Under the pieces are notes generated by a model, which was given only the letters and a program-made list of their open reading frames with translations, searched no databases and had not been told where the DNA came from. Below, piece after piece: positions 23,767-30,791 of a DNA stretch of 30,791 nt (positions are counted from its first letter, which is position 1; each line of letters begins with the position of its first letter). A program made the translations under genes and the position numbers. This stretch comes from Bacteroidia bacterium (lineage in GTDB: Bacteria; Bacteroidota; Bacteroidia; CAILMK01; JACPUW01): the NCBI GenBank assembly GCA_049599535.1, contig JBMYOR010000001.1, forward strand, positions 1-30,791. Reading direction: 5' to 3'.

Positions 23767-26700
23767 GTGAAAAAGTCCCCATTTTTATCAAAAGCAATTA
23801 TTCTGCTTTCGGCTGCCGCTGCATTTGGTCAGGTTTCGCAGCTAATTGATGTAATACAGCAATCAGATTCTTATGCTGCTTATGATCCTACTTTTGTAGA
23901 TAGTTTTAGCGGCCCCGATACCCCCAAGCTAAAGTTTCCTATTGATACTACCAAAAAGCCAGGCGATGGTAAAAGCCACTCTTTAGATCTTAAGGATCCA
24001 TCAAATATTAAAAAGAAAACGGTTTACGATACGGCGTCAGGCAAGTTTATAACCACACGTAGTATTGGCGATAGCACCGATTTAGGGTCAAAAGAGTATT
24101 ATAATCTTGATGAGTACCTAGATAAGAGTAACGATGATTATTTAAAAGATTATTTTAAGAGCCGAGCAAAGGCCAGCAATTTTACCAGCAACTCAAATGC
24201 CGATTTAAAATTTAAAATAAACGAAGGGGTTTTAGAAGATGTATTTGGCGAAGAGTTTGTAGATATAAAGCCACAAGGTAGCGCCGAGCTTATTTTTATG
24301 GGTGAGATCAATAGGGTAGAAAACCCGGCATGGTCAGTAAGAACCCAAAGAAATGGACAGTTTAAGTTCGATCAAAAAATTAGGTTAAATGTATTGGGTA
24401 AAATTGGCGATAAAATCAACTTAAACCTTAATTATGATACCGAAGCTAATTTTGAGTTTGACAATCAAATCAAATTAAATTGGCAAGGAAAAGAAGATGA
24501 TATTGTAAAAAGTATTGAAGCGGGTAATGTGTCATTGCCGGTGCAAGGCTCATTAATTTCGGGGAGTTCAAATCTATTTGGTATTAAAACCACCATGCAA
24601 TTTGGTAGGCTTACCGCCACTGCTGTGGTTTCAAAACAAAATACCGAGCGCAAGGAAATTACCGTTGATGGTGGTGCACAAAAAACAGCATTTAACATAC
24701 CAGCCAATGAGTATGATGCTAACAAGCACTTTTTTTTAAGCCAATATTTTAGAAATAACTATAATGCTTGGGCGGCCAACTCACCACTGGTAATGTCGCC
24801 AATACAAATTACACGTTGCGAGGTGTGGGTTACCAATTATAATGGCAGACCCCAAGAGACGCGTAATATGGTAGCCTTTATGGATATGGGCGAAAAAGGG
24901 ACTGACAATGAAGGCGAACCTAATTTACACTACAACAATGGCGTAGTTTTTAAAGAAGATGTGACTAATGTTTTTCCAGGACCATCAAATGATGCCAATT
25001 CGCTTTTTGACGATGTACTTTATGCTCCAAGTAAAAAAACAAAGGCCCGGAGTTTAACTACTGTAAACTCAGTATTGGCTCAAGAGAGCTTTACCGATCC
25101 TGAGTTTGCCAAAGGTGTAGATTATGCAGTAATCTCAAATGTTAGAAAACTAAGTGAAAGTGAATATAAACTTCACAATAGGCTAGGCTTTATATCATTA
25201 CGAACTCCATTGCCCGATAATGCGGTTTTAGCCGTTTCATTTGAGTATACGCTCGATGGAGAAACTAAACAAGTAGGTGAGTTCTCAAGAGATATACCCG
25301 CAAACCCTAGCGACCCTAATGTTTTGTTTTTAAAAATGCTAAAGTCAGATCAGATCAGAACTGACCTACCGCTTTGGGATTTAATGATGAAAAACGTTTA
25401 TTCATTAGGTTCAAATAGAATTGAAGAGAGCGATTTTAGACTCGAAATCATTTATGCCGATGATGAAAGTGGAGCCGATTTAGCTTACATACCCGAACCA
25501 AGTGAACCAAAGCTAAAGGGTAAGCAGCTCATTAAAGTTTTAGGTGTAGATAAAATTAATAAGCAGCAGCAACCCATGCCCGATGGGGTTTTTGATTACG
25601 TACCTAACTTAACTATTGATACCGAAAATGGCTTTGTATTTTTACCGGTACTTGAGCCATTTGGTGATCATTTGTTTGCTCAATTTAAAAATCAAGATTT
25701 AGCAAATGATTATGTATACCGTGCGCTGTATGATTCAATTCAGCAAATAGCTATACAAGATGCCTACTTTAATAAATTCTTTTTAAAGGGATTTTTTAAA
25801 GGTACATCTAGCGATGAGATACCTTTAAATGCGTTTAATATTCAGCCTGGCTCGGTAAAAGTAACTGCAGGGGGAGTAGAGCTTGTAGAGAATCAAGACT
25901 ATAGGGTTGATTACACCTTAGGTAGAGTTAAGATTTTAAATGAATCAATACTTAGCTCGGGGCAACAAATAAACGTGTCTCATGAGAGTAATACCCTTTT
26001 TCAAACCATGCAAAAGGCGCTGTATGGCACAAGGCTAGATTATAAAATTAGCGAAGATTTTGGTTTAGGCGGTACCCTTTTACATTTACGCGAAAGACCT
26101 ATTACCCCAAAAGTTAACGTGGGCGATGAACCTCTAAAAAATACAATCTATGGATTTGACGGAAGGTATAGAACAGATTCGAGGCTTTTAACAAAAATGG
26201 TAAATAGATTGCCATTAATTGATACTAAAGAAGAATCAGAAATTAGCATTAGCGGAGAGTTTGCACATTTGATACCGGGTTTTCCTAAAGTTATTGGCGA
26301 AACAGGTACTTCTTATTTAGATGATTTTGAAGGTAGCGAAATTCCCTATGATTTACGATTAGGCGTAATTAACTGGACTCTAGCATCAACCCCACAAGGG
26401 CAAAGAAACTTGTTTCCGTATGCCAGTACTATTGATGCCGACTTAAGCAACAACTACCGCAGAGCTAAAATGGCATGGTATATTTTAGACCCTCTGTTTT
26501 ACAATGATAACAATTTAACCCCAAGCCATCTTAGAAGAGATGTAGCCCAATTATCGAACCATTATGTAAGGCAGGTTACACAAAACGAAGTTTTTCCGCA
26601 ATTAGATAGGCCCCTTACACAAATACCAACACAGCCCACCCTTGATTTAGCATATTACCCTAAAGAGCGTGGTCCTTACAATTACGAAACCGATGCCGTA

Positions 26701-29700
26701 AATACCGATGGAACCCTAAAGGACCCTAAGAGCAATTGGGCCGGTATTATGCGTCGTATCGAAACCATCAACTTTGAGGCAGCCAATATAGAGTACGTTG
26801 AATTTTGGATGATGGACCCATACATCTACAATCCTGAGGCAGCAGGTGGCGATCTTTACATAAACTTAGGGCAAGTATCTGAAGATGTACTACAAGATAG
26901 CAGAAAAGCCTTTGAGCACGGCCTGCCAACCGATGGCTCTGATGACAATACCGTAAGCAATGAGTATGGTAAAACGCCAACCATTCCAAACATCAACCAT
27001 GCTTTCCCTAACGATGCTAGTGCTAGGCAGTTTCAGGATGTTGGTTTAGATGGCTTAAATGATAAAACCGAAAAAGAGAAATTCAGAGAAGTATATCTCG
27101 ATGTATTAAAAGAGAAGTTTGGTGAAAACTCACAAGCCTACCAAAAGGCATTAAAAGATCCTTCAACTGATAATTACAGCTATTTTAGGGGCGATAGCTT
27201 AGATCAAATTGAAGCGAGCATTTTTGAGCGTTATAAAAACTTTAGCAATCCACAAGGTAACTCTCCTACGCCCGATGGCAATGGAGATTGGCCTGATGGC
27301 TATCCTACATCTGCCAAAGTATCGCCTGATGATGAAGATATTAATAAAGATTTTACACTAAATACTACCGAAGCATATTATCAATATAAAATTGCGCTAA
27401 GGCCTGACGAAATGAAGGTGGGCCAGAACTATATTACCGATATACTTGAAACATCGGTACCTCTCAAAAATGGTGGACGAGAAACCATTAAGTGGTATCA
27501 AGTAAAAATTCCAATAAGATCATACCAGCGTAAAATCGGACCAATATCTGGCTTTAAGTCAATACAGTTTATGCGTATGTTTTTAACCGGTTTCGAAGAT
27601 TCGGTAATGTGCCGGTTTGCACAACTACAGCTTATAAGAGCCGATTGGAGAAGGTATTTATATGATTTAACTCAACCCGGCGAAGTTGTAACTACCGATC
27701 CGTTTTCAAATACAGTTTTTGATATTTCAACCGTAAATATTGAAGAAAATAGTGAGCGTACACCAATAAACTACGTAGTACCGCCCGGAATTGTTAGAGA
27801 ACTAAACGCCAATAATATTCAACAAACCCAGCAAAATGAGCAATCCTTATCACTGCGGGTTTGTAATCTCGAAGATGGAGATGCAAGAGCCGTTTTTAAA
27901 ACTACAGAATTTGATGTACGGCAATTTAAGCGGCTTAGAATGTTTGTACATGCCGAAGGAACTAACCTGAAAGACAACGATCTTAGCCTATTTATAAGGT
28001 TAGGAACCGATTTGTCGGGGCATTATTACGAGTATGAATTCCCTTTAAAAATTACCGAAGAAGGTACTTTTATAGATGATGATATTTGGCCCGAAGCCAA
28101 TGAGATTAATATGCTGCTCGAAGAGTTTTATAATGTAAAACTGGCCCGTGATGCTGATTTACACCCAATGACCCAAATGTATTCGCGATTTGATACTGAA
28201 GGCAGGGGAGTAGTTTCGGTACTCGGAAACCCAGATTTAAGCAATTTAAGAACCATAATGATTGGGGTAAAAAACCCAAGAGCAGCCAATAATCCGTTTG
28301 ATCAGCAAGACGATGGATTGCCAAAATGCGGCGAAGTGTGGGTAAATGAGCTACGGCTTACAGATTTTGACCAAACTGGAGGTTGGGCAGCAAATGCTAG
28401 ATTAAAAGCTAAAATGGCTGATTTTGCACAATTTGATATTGTGGGCCACCGCAAAACAATTGGATTTGGTGGCATAGAGCAAACTTTACTAGAGCGTAGT
28501 CAAGAAGATGAAAGAGGTATAGATTTTAGATCAAGTTTTGCGTTAGATAAGTTTTTTCCGCAAAAGGCGGGTGTTAAACTACCCATGTATTATGATTACT
28601 CTCAAAAAAATATAAGGCCAAGGTTTAACCCACTACAGCCCGATGTGTTGTTAGAGTCTACATTGGCAAGTATGGTTGGCGATAGCCGCAAAGATTTACT
28701 TGATAAGGTTGAAGAAGTTGAAATACGGCGTAGTCTAAACTTTGTAAACGTATCAAAAAGTAGAACCAACCTATCTCATGATCCGTTTCCTTGGGAAATC
28801 TCAAATTTTACAGGTACCTACAAGTTTACCGAAACCATAAAGCGCGATATTTTCACCACATTTGATTCAACGCGAACCTACACTGGTATTTTAGGGTATA
28901 ATTATAAATTTCCTGAAGCCAATTGGCAACCACTTAAAAAATTAGGGAAATACAAATCGCTCAAGCTACTTTCAGATTTTAATGTGGGCTACTTACCTAG
29001 TAATTTTAATTTTCAAGGTCAGCTTGACAGAAGGTATAATACCGTACTGTTTAGAAACAATGATAACGTAGAATCTATAATACCCCCCAACTACAACAAA
29101 ACTTTTAGGTTTGATAGAAAGTACGGCATGCGCTGGAACCTAACCAAAGGTTTAAAGCTAAACTACACCGCCAATGCGCAATCAATTATTGATGAACCAG
29201 AGGGCTCCATTTCAACCCAAAAGAAAAGAGATACCGTACTCAGTAACTTGCAAAGTTTGGGTAGGCCGCAGCAGTATCAGCAAAGTGTAAATCTTAATTA
29301 CAAAATACCAATTAACAAATTGCCGCTTATGGACTTTGTTAATGCATCAGGCGATTATAAAGGTGGTTTTGGATGGCAGGCAGCACCGCCAATTGCCGAT
29401 AGTTTAGGTAACTCAATAACCAACTCGGCTGCCTATTCATTAAATACTCAATTTAACTTTATACAGCTTTACAACAAATCTCAATTTTTACGAAACGTAA
29501 ACTCTGGAAGAAGTAACGTTGATAAAATTCAAAAAAATAGAGAGAAAAAAGAAAAAGAAAAACTTGCTGAAGCCAAGAAAAAAGGACTCGATGTTAAAGT
29601 TGAAGAAAAAGATGATGACGAAGACGAGGAAGAAGATGAGTATGACTTGGTAAATGAAGGCTTTATTAAAGCGCTTGAGGGCGGAGTAAGGGTGCTAATG

Positions 29701-30791
29701 GCTGCTCGTAGTTTTAATGTAAATTATCAGGTAAATGAAGGTACCCAGTTGCCTGGTTTTATGCCTAGTCCGCAATATTTAGGAAATAATTTTGATCAAG
29801 ATGCTCCTGGACTACCATTTATACTGGGTAGTCAGCAGGATATTAGGTACAAGGCCGCTGACAATGGTTGGTTAACGTACTCCGAAAATCAATTGAACTT
29901 CTACAGAAAAACCTATACCGAAAACTTAACGGGTAATGCCACATTAGAACCCATAAAATCATTTAGAATTACAGTTGATTTTAATAGAAGGTATGCATCT
30001 AGCCTGCAAGAAAACTTCAGAAACCAAATTGATGAGCAAGGCAATAATAATTTTATTGGCTTAGGCTCCTTAGAAACAGGAAATCTATCAATGAGCTTTA
30101 ATACCATTAGAACATCGTTTGTAGAACCTGTATTAAAACACGACAGTGCGGTTGCACTTTACGATTTCCATCCCTTGGTTGAGCAATTTGAAGATAACCG
30201 TAAAATAATATCAGACCGTATTGCTGCCGAGCGCGGAATTACTGCAATTGACGATTCAACAGGGTACGCCAAAGGATATAGCTATTTTAGTCAAGATGTG
30301 TTAGTGCCTTCGTTTTTAGCAGCTATGTCAGGTGCCGATGCTTCTGAAGTAGAGTTAAGCCCGTTTTGGAAATTACCAATGCCAAACTGGAGGGTAAGCT
30401 ACAATGGCTTAAGTAGGGTAAAAGCACTTAAAAAGTATTTTAGAACAGTAAATATCAATCACACCTATAGGTCTACCTATGCAATAAATAATTATACATC
30501 ATCGCTCGAGTATGAAAACAGCATAAGTGTAGCGCCTGAAGATCTTGATCGCGGTCAAGATTACTTATCTCAATTTCAAATTCAGCAAATAAGTATTAGT
30601 GAGCAATTTGCCCCACTATTTGGTATTGATGTAACCTGGAAAAACAATTGGAGCACAAAGTTTGAATACCAGCGATCAAGAACAATGGCCTTTAATTTTA
30701 CTAATTTTCAGTTGCAAGAAATGTTTCAGAAAAGCTTAGTAATTGGCATTGGTTACCGAACCAAAGAGCTAACACTACCATTTAAATATCA
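23767..30791 (+). CDS. sprA: T9SS translocon SprA/Sov; 3'-truncated by the window, absent from the ORF track
   Basis: I read the frame from GTG 23767 to the window end without a stop (2341 codons). Signal peptide MKKSPFLSKAIILLSAAAAFG-Q. SprA motifs IKPQGSAEL, F.FDQ.I..NV.GKIG, IE.GNVS.P...LI.G..NLFG.K, YLDDFEG, EFWMMDP, GE.WVNELRL, P.PNWRV.YNGL, EQFAPL.G.D. Follows ruvA as in other Bacteroidota. Confidence 0.96.
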   Translation, partial: MKKSPFLSKAIILLSAAAAFGQVSQLIDVIQQSDSYAAYDPTFVDSFSGPDTPKLKFPIDTTKKPGDGKSHSLDLKDPSNIKKKTVYDTASGKFITTRSIGDSTDLGSKEYYNLDEYLDKSNDDYLKDYFKSRAKASNFTSNSNADLKFKINEGVLEDVFGEEFVDIKPQGSAELIFMGEINRVENPAWSVRTQRNGQFKFDQKIRLNVLGKIGDKINLNLNYDTEANFEFDNQIKLNWQGKEDDIVKSIEAGNVSLPVQGSLISGSSNLFGIKTTMQFGRLTATAVVSKQNTERKEITVDGGAQKTAFNIPANEYDANKHFFLSQYFRNNYNAWAANSPLVMSPIQITRCEVWVTNYNGRPQETRNMVAFMDMGEKGTDNEGEPNLHYNNGVVFKEDVTNVFPGPSNDANSLFDDVLYAPSKKTKARSLTTVNSVLAQESFTDPEFAKGVDYAVISNVRKLSESEYKLHNRLGFISLRTPLPDNAVLAVSFEYTLDGETKQVGEFSRDIPANPSDPNVLFLKMLKSDQIRTDLPLWDLMMKNVYSLGSNRIEESDFRLEIIYADDESGADLAYIPEPSEPKLKGKQLIKVLGVDKINKQQQPMPDGVFDYVPNLTIDTENGFVFLPVLEPFGDHLFAQFKNQDLANDYVYRALYDSIQQIAIQDAYFNKFFLKGFFKGTSSDEIPLNAFNIQPGSVKVTAGGVELVENQDYRVDYTLGRVKILNESILSSGQQINVSHESNTLFQTMQKALYGTRLDYKISEDFGLGGTLLHLRERPITPKVNVGDEPLKNTIYGFDGRYRTDSRLLTKMVNRLPLIDTKEESEISISGEFAHLIPGFPKVIGETGTSYLDDFEGSEIPYDLRLGVINWTLASTPQGQRNLFPYASTIDADLSNNYRRAKMAWYILDPLFYNDNNLTPSHLRRDVAQLSNHYVRQVTQNEVFPQLDRPLTQIPTQPTLDLAYYPKERGPYNYETDAVNTDGTLKDPKSNWAGIMRRIETINFEAANIEYVEFWMMDPYIYNPEAAGGDLYINLGQVSEDVLQDSRKAFEHGLPTDGSDDNTVSNEYGKTPTIPNINHAFPNDASARQFQDVGLDGLNDKTEKEKFREVYLDVLKEKFGENSQAYQKALKDPSTDNYSYFRGDSLDQIEASIFERYKNFSNPQGNSPTPDGNGDWPDGYPTSAKVSPDDEDINKDFTLNTTEAYYQYKIALRPDEMKVGQNYITDILETSVPLKNGGRETIKWYQVKIPIRSYQRKIGPISGFKSIQFMRMFLTGFEDSVMCRFAQLQLIRADWRRYLYDLTQPGEVVTTDPFSNTVFDISTVNIEENSERTPINYVVPPGIVRELNANNIQQTQQNEQSLSLRVCNLEDGDARAVFKTTEFDVRQFKRLRMFVHAEGTNLKDNDLSLFIRLGTDLSGHYYEYEFPLKITEEGTFIDDDIWPEANEINMLLEEFYNVKLARDADLHPMTQMYSRFDTEGRGVVSVLGNPDLSNLRTIMIGVKNPRAANNPFDQQDDGLPKCGEVWVNELRLTDFDQTGGWAANARLKAKMADFAQFDIVGHRKTIGFGGIEQTLLERSQEDERGIDFRSSFALDKFFPQKAGVKLPMYYDYSQKNIRPRFNPLQPDVLLESTLASMVGDSRKDLLDKVEEVEIRRSLNFVNVSKSRTNLSHDPFPWEISNFTGTYKFTETIKRDIFTTFDSTRTYTGILGYNYKFPEANWQPLKKLGKYKSLKLLSDFNVGYLPSNFNFQGQLDRRYNTVLFRNNDNVESIIPPNYNKTFRFDRKYGMRWNLTKGLKLNYTANAQSIIDEPEGSISTQKKRDTVLSNLQSLGRPQQYQQSVNLNYKIPINKLPLMDFVNASGDYKGGFGWQAAPPIADSLGNSITNSAAYSLNTQFNFIQLYNKSQFLRNVNSGRSNVDKIQKNREKKEKEKLAEAKKKGLDVKVEEKDDDEDEEEDEYDLVNEGFIKALEGGVRVLMAARSFNVNYQVNEGTQLPGFMPSPQYLGNNFDQDAPGLPFILGSQQDIRYKAADNGWLTYSENQLNFYRKTYTENLTGNATLEPIKSFRITVDFNRRYASSLQENFRNQIDEQGNNNFIGLGSLETGNLSMSFNTIRTSFVEPVLKHDSAVALYDFHPLVEQFEDNRKIISDRIAAERGITAIDDSTGYAKGYSYFSQDVLVPSFLAAMSGADASEVELSPFWKLPMPNWRVSYNGLSRVKALKKYFRTVNINHTYRSTYAINNYTSSLEYENSISVAPEDLDRGQDYLSQFQIQQISISEQFAPLFGIDVTWKNNWSTKFEYQRSRTMAFNFTNFQLQEMFQKSLVIGIGYRTKELTLPFKY

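Noticed and set aside
23749-23769. ruvA TAG is in frame with sprA, five codons upstream (possible read-through fusion)
   Set aside because: A cytoplasmic RuvA fused before a signal peptide makes no functional sense, and in-frame adjacency occurs by chance one time in three.
21052-30107. Antisense ORFs within maeB, ruvA and sprA
   Set aside because: All lie opposite well-supported conserved genes and show no family motifs.

Overview
Chromosomal window from a Bacteroidota genome (T9SS genes, TAnnTTTG promoters, gene order maeB-ruvA-sprA). I found no mobile element, RNA gene or CRISPR array. Both ends cut large genes. The left end is a 5'-truncated giant surface protein (>3053 aa visible: 19 Ig-like 96-aa repeats, 11 PKD domains, type B T9SS CTD). 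Directly downstream is its probable cognate PorP/SprF barrel, which carries an unusual ~350-aa tail (coiled coil, unassigned beta-hairpin region, N/G-rich linker, SPOR peptidoglycan-binding domain). Then come tatC, rpiB, a LutB homologue that has lost its Fe-S cysteine motifs, rfaD (minus strand), an L-type-lectin type B T9SS cargo, pepE, pssA, purS, an M28 peptidase, maeB, ruvA and sprA. sprA is 3'-truncated and missing from the supplied ORF track. Best candidates for new biology: (1) the adhesin plus SprF-SPOR pair as a peptidoglycan-tethered, possibly septum-targeted adhesin display system; (2) the Fe-S-less LutB; (3) a perfect 20-bp lacO-like palindrome over the maeB promoter; (4) two probable leaderless mRNAs. 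All family calls come from motif recognition by eye; no searches were run.
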